A DNA stretch of 64,000 nt, taken from assembly GCF_006345805.1 (NCBI RefSeq), contig NC_042998.1, positions 80,476,001-80,540,000 of the forward strand, read 5' to 3'. Positions 1 to 12,636 of this stretch are shown piece by piece. Source of the stretch: Octopus sinensis (taxonomy: Eukaryota). Position 1 is the stretch's first letter, and each line of letters opens with the position of its first letter. The notes beneath the pieces are model-generated. The model was not told where the DNA came from and searched no databases. It saw only the letters and a list, made by a program, of their open reading frames with translations. A program made the translations under genes and the position numbers.

Positions 1-23
1 ATATTGTATATTAATGATCGCCT

Positions 24-25
<2 letters not shown>

Positions 26-73
<48 letters not shown>

Positions 74-92
74 ATAATATATATATTTATAT

Positions 93-135
<43 letters not shown>

Positions 136-150
136 TATATATATATGAAT
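26..150. repeat. (TA)n microsatellite, one of many (TA)n/(CA)n/(GA)n/(TATG)n/(TATC)n tracts
   Basis: Direct. Other tracts include 4118-4267, 6263-6342, 9145-9200, 18560-18678, 21503-21563 and 21715-21780. Confidence 0.95.
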
Positions 151-599
151 GCAATGCGCGATTATATGAAAATATGTTGTTAAATCTTTTTAGCACAGTG
201 AAGTAAAAGCTTTGACAACGCAGATTGAAATAAAAATTTAAATTGCTGATTTCAAATACTTCGATCTGATCGTATTTGCGCATAGGTAATATTCTACAGA
301 CACGTGTATCTTTAATGTAACCCTCGGGTAGACTCAGTGACAGGACTATCCTATGGACTATAGGTAGCGTTAACAGGACTGTTTCCGTTTACCCAATTCC
401 ACTTACACGGTTTGGGAGTCAACCTGCTATGTAGTAAAAAAAAATTTTCCCCAAGATACCACGAATAGGAGACCTTACACTTAGTTACAGAATCAGTCGG
501 GTGTGCCAGTGTGTGTGTGTGTATGTATATATATATATATATATAGGTAAACAGTAAAATTAAATACAGACATGGACAAGAACATGAAACACCACAGAG

Positions 600-635
<36 letters not shown>

Positions 636-664
636 TGAGAGAGAGATGTGTGTGTGTAAAATCT

Positions 665-917
665 TTTGTTTCATTCATTAGACTGCGATCATGCTGGAGC
701 ACCGCATTGGAAATTTTAATTAAACAACAAATCTACCCATTCTATCGGTCACTTTTTGCCGAGCCACTAATTACAGGGACGTAAACAAACCAGCACAAGT
801 AGTCAAGTGATAGACACAAGGACACACTATCTAGCTCTCTTTCAGCCTAGCCTCTTTATGTCATGAGAGAATGTTGTATAGGTGAATGACGTCGTGTACC
901 AAAATCGAAGGATTGCC

Positions 918-963
<46 letters not shown>

Positions 964-1110
964 ATGTATTGTGGGCTTTCAATTTCTGTCTACAGTTCCA
1001 TTCACAAGGCATTGGTTGGTCCAGGGCTACAGTAGAATACACTTGCACGGTGCCACGCAGTTGGACTGAACCCGGAATCAGTGGTTAGGAAGTAAATTCT
1101 TACGACACAA
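665..1110 (-). mobile_element. tRNA-type SINE family A (CORE-like), decayed
   Basis: Reverse complement matches the copies at 19507-19891 and 50641-51025 (head, GGCACC..GCAAGTGT core, CCAGCATG..CGCAGTC tail). Confidence 0.65.
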
Positions 1111-1520
1111 CAACACACATATACGTACGCACACACACACAAACGCACGTGTATACGTGTTTCATTGTTGATAATTATTTACGGCTGTCTTTTTTTCTTC
1201 TCCAAGCTTTAATTATTTTCTTCAGTAATATTCCATGTCAATAAAAAAAAAATAATAATTGAAGAAGAAATATCTCATTAGCAACGGTTATCAAATAATG
1301 TGAAATGTAAAATTAACAAACAGGTAGGAAGAAAATCCTGCAGGTGTTGTCACCCCCGTCCCCTTTTCTTCTCGGCTGAGAAATCTGAGACGAGAAACTG
1401 TTGCTGTGACAATTAATCTGAAAAGTGAGTCTCGTAGATGAAAAGTATTTCTGATTTAGAAGTCTGGCATTTTTTTTTTTTTTAAGGTTATAATAAAGAG
1501 GAAAGAAAACCGATACCAAC

Positions 1521-1946
1521 CTCTGTAGAAGGTAGATGGACCACACCTGTGCTCCGACGTTTCTCGCGGAGTTTCCTTTTATCCTTTGGAGGTTTCCCTT
1601 TATGTAAATGATTTGGTCGAGTGCGTTTGTCTTTAGCTCTGGATGATGCGGCCCGGGTGGGCGATTCATGGTCAACTCCCCCGACGGTAGTAGTTGTACT
1701 GCTAGTAGCCGGAGACCCCATGACACGATTTACTCCGTCCAAATCGTCACCGACCGTACCGGAATAGTGGTCTGTGCGGTCTCCATTCTGATCCCTAAGA
1801 GTGTCGACAGAATGGTCACCGATTCCTTCTTTGTCTCCTTTGCTGGCTGCGACCCTTGGCCGACTCATACGCACCTTATACCTTCGGTTGCTAATATCAA
1901 TGTCCTCTCTGTCTAAGCTTTCCTGACTAACTGAGCTAGACGCCAT
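1521..1946 (-). CDS. PAWR: First coding exon (142 codons) of a PRKC apoptosis WT1 regulator (Par-4) homologue
   Basis: ATG at 1946 opens MASSSVSQESLD...KDKRKLREKRRSTGVVHLPSTE, then GAG|GTTGGT donor at 1520 (phase 0). KRKLREKRRSTGVV matches the Par-4 NLS2/PKA-site motif (human KRKLREKRRSTGVVNIPAAE, from memory). Later exons not found in 1-1520. Confidence 0.85.
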
Positions 1947-1986
1947 GATTGTAAAAAGAGTATATATAAATATATATAACCAATGA

Positions 1987-2028
<42 letters not shown>

Positions 2029-2100
2029 CATATATACACACGCACACACGCACGCAATCTTATCCCTCCAGTTTCGAGTAAATAATCAATCACCTAAGAA
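1947..2100 (-). other. Putative 5'UTR part of the PAWR exon with upstream splice acceptor
   Basis: Minus strand reads TGTTAATGATTTCTTAG|GTG at 2094/2093, an acceptor-like site. The UTR would include a (TA)n tract. No transcript support. Confidence 0.35.
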
Positions 2101-3199
2101 ATCATTAACAAGTTGTTATCCTTCCTTCGTTTTGTTTCCTTTTTAATAACTGTAATTTCTACCATAAAGTCCAGCTTTTATATGGTGAACAGCGGTTGGA
2201 GTTTTTGTTTTTCTTCGGGTGAGAGGGTCAGCAAACCTTCAACTAGACAGTTCTCTTTTAACAAGACCGACTCGAATTAAAACGGATTATTGTGCTTCGC
2301 TTTCCACTCTCGGCTGTTGTTATCTCTCTTACTGGTGTCGTCACTACTAGTCTCTCTTTCTATATTCTCTCTCTCTCTCCCTCCCTCTCTCTCTCTCTCT
2401 TTCTATATTCTCTCTCTATCTTCTTCCCTCCCTCTCTCTCTCACACTGTCTCGGATGGCAGGGCTGACAATAGAGAAACAGGTGAAGAAGGCAGTAGCAA
2501 GAGGAAGGTAACATGAAAATCTCAATCTCTCTCTCTCTTTTCCTCTTTCCTTCTCTCTCTCTCTCTCTCACACGGTATTGCTGCTAACATGAAATACACG
2601 TTATACCGACAGGTCACATACAACCTAGCCATTCATTTACTCTTCCTCTCTTCATTGATCTATCTGTGTATCCCTCTGCCCGATACTCTTCGTCTACTTT
2701 ATGTATCAATCTTTCTTATTTGAGCCATATATCTATTTAGCTATATATCTTCTATTTTCTCTCACTCTCTGTCTTTCTTTTTCTTCTCCTCGTTTCTCTC
2801 TCCTTCCCCTTTTCTCTTTCCCCTCTCTCGCTTTTCTTTCTCTCTCTCTCTCTCACTGCACCCTTATATCTAAACACCTTCCTTCGATTCTCTTAAGTAA
2901 TCACTCACTGTTTTAAAGACGAAACATTCACCTCTAAGCTACCGCTGCCTGCCACTATCAACTAGCAGCTAGGAACGCAATTCATTCACGAAACGATAGA
3001 GAAAGAAAAGAAGGAAGGAAGCCGTTTTCATTGATAACTAGGAATTGATTTTGGTTCCACACCCACTTCAAAATATAGCAAATGATATTGGGGCAAATTT
3101 TCGATTCTGACAAAGAAGCAACAGCTTACGCACACTCATCCAACCATCCAATGGATAGAAAGAGAAAATAGATAGCAGAACCAAGAAGACAGAGAGAAA

Positions 3200-3234
<35 letters not shown>

Positions 3235-4106
3235 TGTATGTGAGTATGTGCGCTTGTGCAAATCGACGTTCAAAATTCTTTACGCGAAACATGTACGTGT
3301 AAAAAGAAAATATTATTGGGGTTTTTTTTCCCCATTTGGGATTGTTAGGTCCCTCGTGGTTACTCCGATACATCCTTAGCTCAATCTGACACCATTCTGT
3401 TTGATGTGTCATCGCAAAGACATATTCACCTATCGATGCAATTTAGAAATCTTGAGATACAACGTATAGTATAAGACAAGGTCAGTGGGAGTTATACTTA
3501 CATGTCATACTTGTTTCTAATTGCAATACACACACACACACACACACACAACACACACACACACAGAGGTTATATTCTATTAAGAACGTAGTAGAGTACA
3601 GTATAAAGCTCGTCCACCTTCAGATTTCAGCCAATGCTATCAAACAGCAGTTTTATACTACTGAAGCCGAAAATTTCAGTTTATGGAAAACAGAAACTAT
3701 ATTTATACATCGCCTGATGAAACACAAGATCTCATAACGCAGGGAAACGGTTACATAACCAAATACCTGTGGACCTGGAGAACTAAGGTTGCGTGGAAAC
3801 AATTGTAGTGATTACAAATAAATGTTCATTGTATTTCTTCTCGTTGACTACAACTTATTCAATTACACACACAAGCGCGCACGCGCACACATCTGCTAAA
3901 TAGAATTCACAAACATAGCATCCAAAAGTACATCTTTTATCCTCTGATGAAATTATGCTCATATCGCATAACTGTAACTTTAATATTTATTGAGTATTAA
4001 TAGAAATGGCTGTAAGTGAAGATGAAGAATTTGCTGCTAATAATAAATAATTATTAACTTCCCAATCTCCATTTTCTTCTTTTCAACATAGATATATGTT
4101 TTATAT

Positions 4107-4270
<164 letters not shown>

Positions 4271-4370
4271 TTCAGTAAAAATTTAGATTCAGATGACTAT
4301 TGGAACTTATGTTGAGGCACCACAATTTAGTACGGTATTATCCATACAATTTCAAAATAAGGTGATTAAA

Positions 4371-4848
4371 ATCAAAATAAGCAACAAGGATATCCAGAGG
4401 TAATGCAGTACGATCGTTTCGTGCGACTCCATTTCATTGAACAATGCAATCATTTTAGAATGTAGAGCAATCTTCAGCTGCACAAAGACATAGAATTTAA
4501 TTAAATTAGAAGGACACATTAATATAATTTTACCTAAAATCTCCAAGAGGTTAAGGAGATAGACAAAGAACATGTTTTACCAACAACATTCTAGTTGTAA
4601 CTGAGTTTCAAATAGAATGTTGTTGGTAAAACATGTTCTTTGTCTATCTCCTTAACCTCTTGGAGATTTTGGGTAAAATTATATTAATGTGTCCTTCTAA
4701 TTTAATTAAATTCTATGTCTTTGTGCAGCTGAAGATTGCTCTACATTTTAAATTGATATAATGAAATGATTGCATTGTTCAATTAAATGGAGTCGCATGA
4801 AACGACCGTACTGCATTACTTCTGGATATCCTTGTTGCTTATTTTGAT
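4371..4848. repeat. Long inverted repeat (arms 4371-4593 and 4613-4848, 19-nt spacer)
   Basis: Arms are near-perfect reverse complements; one short insertion in the right arm. Confidence 0.9.
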
Positions 4849-5237
4849 GTGTGTGTGTGTGTGTGTGAGTGTGTGTCGATCACGTTGATAGAGGGAAACT
4901 AAAACAACAGATGTAGGAGAACTGTAGTAAGAGGTTTTGCTCTCCAGTAGCTGGTATTTTAATCAAAATTTTTATTATTAAATATATTTCTCTCTCTCCC
5001 TCTTTCTCTCCCTCTCTCTCCTCTCTTTCTTTCTCTCAGACATACGCACACAATCGTTCACTTAACATATTGTATAAATATACACACACACACACGCACA
5101 CACACACATATACATACATACATACATGCATACATATATTTAAATATATAAACATACATGCATATACATATATATACATAAACACACACACAAACATATC
5201 AAAAATTTAACAACACAAGAGGATATATATATATATA

Positions 5238-6260
5238 TCGCGGAACACCTCCGTGACATCCGCCTTGCGAACGACACACCGGTCTCACGCTATTTCCGCT
5301 CCACCTGTCACTCCTTGCAACACCTGTCTGTGTTCGGTTTGTCCTTGCACAGAGGCCATCCGGATTCCCGTTTGCGCCGTGAACAGGAATTAATCTTCTC
5401 TCTTCGCTCTTATACGCCATTTGGTCTCAACTCTCCCCACCTCCTCATCTAACCCCCCCTCCTCATCTAAGCTACCCCCCGACCCCTACTTCTCTTCAGT
5501 CCTTCATCCTTTCACCCCTACTCCTCTTCCCTTCTTCCCTACCCTTCTTCACTTCTCTTCAGTCCTTCATCTTTTCACCCCTACTCCTCTTCTCTTCTTC
5601 CCTCTTTCTCCCTCCCTCCTTCTTCCCTCTTCCCTCTTTCTCTCTGCTCCCTCACTCCCCTTCTCTCCCTCTATCCTCCCTCCTCCTCTCCCCTCCTCTT
5701 CTCCTCTCCTTCTTTCTCCCCCTTCCCCCTCCTCTTCTCCCCTTTCCTTCTCCCCTTTCTTTCTCTCCCCCCTCACTCCCTCCCCCTCTTCCCTCATCTC
5801 CTCTCTCTACACTACACCATACGACTTTACACATCACATCATATATACATACACACGTCCAGACCTCTCATACGCACTAATACTCTCTCATACACACACA
5901 CACACACTCTTCTCATACACACACACACACTCTTAATTTGGAGCGAGGTCATTTAACCCTATTATCTCCCCTAATTTCGCTCTTGCGTCTCACGTTTGAT
6001 CTTTGACTTCTGGCCGAAATCAGATCGCCATGTTGATTCGCTAGCCTCTGCACGCATTTTTTTTCTCTCCTTCTTTCTGTGTTTCTTCTCTGTGTATCTC
6101 TCTGTTGAAGAGCGTAGGTTCGAAACGTTAAAGACTTGTTTTATTTATATTTCCTGAGCGCCATACTAATACAATTGTTTGTTTGTATTCCACCTGCCTT
6201 CGTCTTTTGTTTATTTCCGTAAACCTGCCTTCGTCTTTTGTCTATTTTCATAAAGCTTCC
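5238..6260 (+). mobile_element. Penelope-like element 3' fragment (GIY-YIG endonuclease C-terminus plus terminal region)
   Basis: Frame from 5240 reads AEHLRDIRLANDTPVSRYFRSTCHSLQHLSVFGLSLHRGHPDSRLRREQELIFSLRSYTPFGLNS, typical of the PLE endonuclease end (..REQELIF.L....P.GLN). Hammerhead-like motif follows at 6102-6134. Confidence 0.75.
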
Positions 6261-6263
6261 CGT

Positions 6264-6344
<81 letters not shown>

Positions 6345-8090
6345 TCCGTTTTCTTTTCGTCCTTGTTTTCGTATACATTCGCTGCTTTCTTCCAAGGAAT
6401 CTAATGCTCTTAGCTTAGTTTTTCCTTGGGGCTGGCCAGATTGGAGTAATCTCGTGTATAACCGGCCGAAATTGCAAAGATAATCCGGAACTCGACCGAG
6501 GAAAGAAAACTCCGAGTGACCCGTCCTTGTTTCCTTTGTATCGTCCATCTAGGTGTTTTGTTGTCCCTTATTTTGTATCACCTGTTTGGATGTTTTGCCC
6601 CATTTTGTATTTTTATATATATATATATATATATACACATACATACATACATTTATATATATATATATATTCTTTCTTTCGTGTTTATTCGTTTTCCATG
6701 ATCGCCCTTCCTGACACTAGCCCTTATTTGTTTTTCCTAGTAAAGCATAAGATACTTTACACATTCCCAACGTCAAGCTGTCGACAACACCGATTTCAGC
6801 AATCTTTCTCTGAAATGTAAACAAACATGCACGCTCGCATATATACACATATGTATGCAATGCACATGCATATATGTATATATAACTATGTGTGTGTATG
6901 TATGAGTACACACACTTGAATGAGTCCCTTGTGCAAACGTCTTCTACAATAGCCTAGAGCCGACCAAAGCCTTGTGTGTAGATTTGATAAACGGAAACTG
7001 AAAGGAGCCTATTATATAAATATGTATGTGTGTATGCGTGTTTGTTTTATTGTTTCCTTGCCTTGACATCTCGTGATAGTTGTAAGCAAGTGTCACTGTC
7101 ATCTAAGCGGTATCCTTTGTATCCAGTCTTACATGAAAACATGTTTGGTCATGGTGAAATATTACCCTACTTGAAAACAGGTGCGGGTTAGCGACAGGAA
7201 GGACATCCAACAGTACAAAGCCTGCCTAACCCATGTAACCATAGAAAACGGGATATTTCACACACACACACACACATATATAAACGTATGTGTATGTATG
7301 TGAGTGTGTGTGTGTACGATATTTTCAGTCGGGACGTTAAAACCGTATTCGTTAAAGTGCTTCAGTTCTGTGTATGTACATATATTTACTCGATAGCAGA
7401 CATTTATCAATGGTTTCTCCCGTCATTTTGACACTCCATTTTCTATCAATCAGTAAAGCAGCCCCCATGTTTGATGATATGGTATGTTAGTTAACATATG
7501 TTCTATCTAAGTACAATCGTTATCCGATGGGTAAAGTGGACGGCAGTTGTCAATTTTTGGTATAATAAACACTTACATATACGTACGTGAATGTGTGTGT
7601 ATGCGCGCGCGCAATACTAGCCAATATATGGAGCGGTGAGTAAGACGGCGAGCTGATAGAATCGTTACCGCGCTGGGCAAAAGGCTTAGCGACATTTCGT
7701 CCGTTTTATTTTCTGTGTTCAAATGCTGCCAAGTTCGACTTTGTCTTTTGTACTTTTGGAGTCGATAAAATAAAATAAGTACCAGTTGGATACTGGAGTC
7801 GATGTAATCGACTTATCCTCGTCTCCGCCGAGATTACTAGCCTTGTAACAAAATTTGAAACTAATGCATACATGCATTTCTTAAAAATATAAGCGCATTA
7901 TTTTATTTTCAAATTGTAGTTTATGAGTGCATACGTGTGTTCGCGCGCGTGTGAAAGTATGCATGCATGCATACTGATATACGTGATTATACTATGAACA
8001 TCCATGAATAGGTGTACATTTTTATGAGTATGTTGACGTGTGTGCGTGCGTACGTGTGTGCGTGCGTGCGTACGTGCGTGTGTGCGTATG

Positions 8091-8123
<33 letters not shown>

Positions 8124-8319
8124 GTGTGTGTGTGTGTGTTTTGATGTATATGTATGTCAAACATTATTAAGCGTTATAATATCCACAAACAACAAAACAA
8201 GCAGAGATCGCGTATCCGTTAGCAGGTTTGTATTGACAGAAGATGCGTGGCGGAAAGGAGAAAAAAGAGAAAGTTAGACATACTGATGGGGGCAGAGGGG
8301 GCAGAGAGAGAGAGAGAGA

Positions 8320-8354
<35 letters not shown>

Positions 8355-9145
8355 CGTGTGTGTGTGTGTGAGAGAGAGAGAGTAAGTGAGAGGGGGAAGA
8401 GAGTGTGTTTGAGAGAGAGAGAGTGTGAGAGGGAGAGAAAGAATGAAAGAAAGGAAGGAAGAGAAAAAGAAAGAAAGGAAATGAAGATTGGAAAAGCTGT
8501 ACTAAACGTGACATGATTGAATCGAGCACCTGAGTCGTGTAAACGTTCAATGGTGGAGTGATGCCTCCTCGCTCAGACAACCTCACCTGCTTCCATGACA
8601 TCAGAATTACGTCACCTGAGCAACACGTGCTAATTAACATAGAGAAACTCGATCAGTTTTTAAAGAACATTGAAAACATTATCACAGGAAATGTTACTAT
8701 ATATATATATACATACATACATACCATATTTTCTTTCTTAAAAAAACATTTTTATTTTTAATTTCACGACTTAAACCGAAGAACCTTGGATGGATACGAA
8801 TTTAGAATTTTAATTTTCCGAGACAATTTTTTCCTGCAGTCTTTTTTTTTTTTTTTTGTTCATATTAATAACACGGAATTTTTATTTTTTCTCATATTTC
8901 ATATTGCTGAAATATGAATCATGTGTGTGGGGAGAAGTGAAGTGGAGAACTGAAATTCAGTACTATTTGCTGACTTTATTGATCAGGAAATATTTTCTTT
9001 TTTCCGTCGATTCGATTCCAGTCTTTTTCTTTTCAATGCGATTTTCTAACACCTCAGCCCACCTCACACCATCTCTCTCCCTCTCTCTCTCTCTCTCACT
9101 CACTATCCATCTCTCTTTCGTTCCCTATGAATCTCTCTCTGTCTA

Positions 9146-9202
<57 letters not shown>

Positions 9203-9949
9203 CAATTTACGAAAACATCTCATATTTTTCAATTCAAAATTTCAAACGAAAAACTTGCTAGTCAAAAAATTAGAACTTGAAGTTCACATTCGTGATTAGC
9301 GCTCATTTTTGTTGAAAATTTTCTGTTTCTTTTATTTTAATAGATTTTTCGTTCTTTTTGTATTTCTGTACACTTCTCTATCATGTTATTTCAATCAATA
9401 AAATTATGAATCCTCTCTTTAAATACAAATTCTGTTTTCAACACCCTACTATTTTTATCTTCCTTATTTAGAACTATATATTTTGTTCGTTTCCTATATG
9501 ATGTATCCTTGATTTCATATATAGTAAGACTTTTACAAGTTCAGATTAAGACAGAAGGAAGAGAGCAGATACTCTTACTGAAATCGAACGTTTCCGTTGT
9601 ATGTTGTGTGACTCAGCAAATTTAATGTCGTATCCACGCTATGGACGTTTTACTGAATAAACTAACAACTGCCTTTGTATCACATTAATATAACGGATGA
9701 CTTCTTAGTCACTCAATCATAAACAGACAGGCTGTTAAAGAAAATGAAATTTTAAAAAGCGGTCTAGATTACGCAGGTTTCAACTGCTAGTAGCTGAAAT
9801 ACCAACTTTCCATATTAATAACTCACCAGCCCATGCCAGCATGGAACATAGACGTTAAGTGAAATGTTAAAAGAAAGTTTCCAACTCATATATGTATATA
9901 GAGTAACTACAAGTAATTCAAAAACACATTTTGTCAAGCTCATTTCGTA

Positions 9950-11500
9950 ACCAAAAAACAGGTACAGATTATAAACAATGAAAGGTAGTAGACAGAGATA
10001 GTAGAGAGCCAATCCGATGATAAATCTGACCTTGGATCTTGAAAGTTTGCATGAATCTTAGCTCATCTTGTGACTCCAAATGATGTCATCTGTAGTGCAG
10101 CGTTGTATTGCCTAATTTGTATTGGAAGTGCTTGGAATCTTGGTCAGTTGATGACAACAGTTTCTTCAATAGGTCGAGAGGGTTGGGATTGCAGGGAGTT
10201 TAACCTTTCCAACACTGTAGCACAGTGCAGGTGTCTCTCCAGGCCGCTTCCTTGCTTTACAACGTATGCACTCAGTTGTCATTGTACCAATGGAAACTCA
10301 AGTGTCATCTGCATAATGAACTACCGGATCATAGTTGAAAGCTGTTTCATAGATGTTGCTTCTCTGAGCTGTTGCAACTACTCTTCGTTCTACAGTGGAG
10401 ATCCTATTCCTTGTCAGCCGTGCATACCTCTGTTTCATCACTTTGAGATTCTCTGGCTTTTGTAGTGAACAGTCTGTTCTTTTCTTAGCGTGCTTCCCTT
10501 TCTGCAGCTATCTCTCTTTTCCCGGACAAAGACATTCTTTTGGCTGACCTTGACATTGCAGACAAATTTGATACTTTCCTTCTAGATATGGTTATATACG
10601 TATACAGAAATACACGGGTACAGAAGATAGTAAGCAATGAAAATAACTTGGTAACAGAAATTATGTTTCTTAATACGACGAGCAGAAAGTAAATGAGAAA
10701 TTTTTACGGAAAATAAAGAATTGTACGGGTTGAAGTGAAATTTGTCACTCAGTGAACCAAAGAGCCAGTATCGAAAGAAGCAGGAAAAAAAACCCCATCA
10801 ACAACCGAAAAACAAAACCGTTGCAAAAGTAAATAAGAATTTTTTAGGGAAATTAACTAAGTGTATGGATTTAAGTGAAATTTTTGAAGTTATCTCTGTC
10901 AGTGAACTTACTTTTATCAGTAATACCGTAAAAAAAACACACACAAAAACGTTGCAAAAGTAAATAAGAAATTTGTAGGCAGATTTAACGAAGTGTACGG
11001 ACTGAAGTGAAATTATGAAGTTATTTCTGTCAGTAAATTATGAAATTACTTTCTTCAGTAATTGTGAACTTCTTTCTGTCGGTAATTTGTCGTTGTTGTT
11101 TGTAAATAGCGATTGAAAACTTAGAGTGAAAACAATAGCGATTGAAGTTAAAGTGAAAGAATGGCGTCTGAAAAATTAAAGTGAAAACAATAGAGAGTGT
11201 TTGGGATATAGGGAGAGGGAGAGAGAGAGAGAGAGAGAGAGATAGAGTGAGAGAGAGAGAGAGAGAGAGAGATTTGTTACGTCACTGACGCTAGAAAACC
11301 GGAAGAAAATATTTTTTTTAACTTTCAAAGACGTGAATAAAAAGCAATATTTTTTTTAATATTTATTAAAAAAAAATTAAATAAAGAGTCTAACATGTGT
11401 CCGAGGTCAAATTATTCATGCATCACAAATATGGAAGAATTGGTGAAGCCGTTTTCGCGTGAAAAGCGAATACACACACATCTCTATCTTATATATTAGA
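9950..11500 (-). mobile_element. Helitron 5' portion with decayed Rep N-terminus
   Basis: Minus-strand frames give AFNYDP.., IGTMTTECIRCKARKRPGETPALC..GKVKLP, QYNAALQMTSFG and FMQTFKIQGQIYHRIGSLL (ATG at 10556). A|TC 5' end at 11500 followed by TAATATATAAGATAGAGATGTGTGTG. 3' end not identified. Confidence 0.75.
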
Positions 11501-12258
11501 TATAGTTAAGTGCTAGTTACCATACTTAGGTTAGTGAGCCGAAATAATTTAAGTCGTTTTAAATTATAAACGCAAGGAAAATTTCTCTGAAAAAGGGATA
11601 ATGTAAAGAATGTTCGAAATTGTAATTAGCAGAAAATTAAAGAGAGAGAGAGAGATAGAGTGAGAGAGAGAGAGAGAGAGATTTGTTACGTCACTGACGC
11701 TAGAAAACCGGAAGTAAATATTTTTTTTAACTTTCAAAGACGTGAATAACAGAGGAGATGTGCATGAATCTTTGCCAGCTATCTATGGTGACAATTCCAA
11801 ATATGTTTCTGTATTATTAGACCTCCTCATTATAATCGTAATGAGAAAAAACTTTATTAGTGTTAATTAAGATTATTCTCAAAAGTAGTAAGGGAAAGAA
11901 CTCCCCAAATTTTTTGTGACTTACAGATCTCAAGACCTCAGAACAACTGATACACGCAAATTTAAATAAGATTGCAACATTTCCTCAGCGTGCTTTCTAC
12001 TTGGAAATATTTAGTGAAGTGCATGTTGCGATATTTAAAGTGATGAGCCAGGAATAATTATTTATCTTCAGATTAGTACTTAAGATATCGTACGAGAATT
12101 TGTTCCTTGTTATCAAACTATATAATCTTCCGTCTGATTTCTTGATGAAATCCTTCGGTTCTGAATAAGAACAGTTTCTAATATTAAGTTCTTTGGGGCA
12201 TGACTATATTTTGGGAAGGTAACTTCACATTTTCTTTCTATTTCCCCATCCTATTCTT

Positions 12259-12636
12259 ATTTCTTTACTGCCCACAACGGGCTACACACAGAGGAGACAA
12301 ACAAGGACAGACAAACGGATTAAGTCGATTACATCGACCCCAGTGCGTAACTGGTACTTATTTAATCGACCCCGAAAGGATGAAAGGCAAAGTCGACCTC
12401 GAAATACCTATTTCTTTACTACCCACAAGGGGCTAAACACAGAGGTGACAAACAAGGACAGACAAACGGATTAAGTCGATTACATCGACCCCAGTGCGTA
12501 ACTGGTACTTAATTTATCGACCCCGAAAGGATGAAAGGCAAAGTTGACCTCGGCGGAATTTGAACTAAGAACGTAACGGCAGACGAAACACAGCTACGCA
12601 TTCCGCCCGGCGTGCTAACGATTCTGCCAGCTCGCC
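12259..12636 (-). mobile_element. SINE family B: full copy (12408-12636) with a 5'-truncated copy in tandem (12259-12400)
   Basis: Head GGCGAGCTGGCAGAATCGTTAGC, B-box-like AGTTCAAATTCC, central GCCTTTCATCCTTTCGGGGTCGATAAAT..GTACCAG duplicated. Confidence 0.85.

Noticed and set aside
26-1088. ORFs rich in YIYI/CVCV/HTHT/ERER (also 6183-6911, 7898-8640, 18466-18678, 21431-21735, 31610-31911, 36790-37046)
   Set aside because: They are translations of (TA)n, (CA)n and (GA)n microsatellites.
1488-2093. The 201-aa ORF as a complete protein
   Set aside because: The first 49 codons cross a (TA)n tract and the last residues are intron read-through; only 1521-1946 is supported.
2461-2506. Possible plus-strand mini-exon (GCAG|GGCTGAC..GGAAG|GTAACA) after a CT-rich tract
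   Set aside because: The pyrimidine tract is a (CT)n microsatellite and there is no partner exon or homology; chance splice-like words are expected.
5421-5936. 171-aa Pro/Ser/Leu ORF and antisense Glu/Gly/Arg ORFs
   Set aside because: Low-complexity C/T-rich tract within the Penelope 3' region.
7644-7864. tRNA genes suggested by A/B-box-like motifs
   Set aside because: All such motifs are heads of SINE families; no cloverleaf is apparent.
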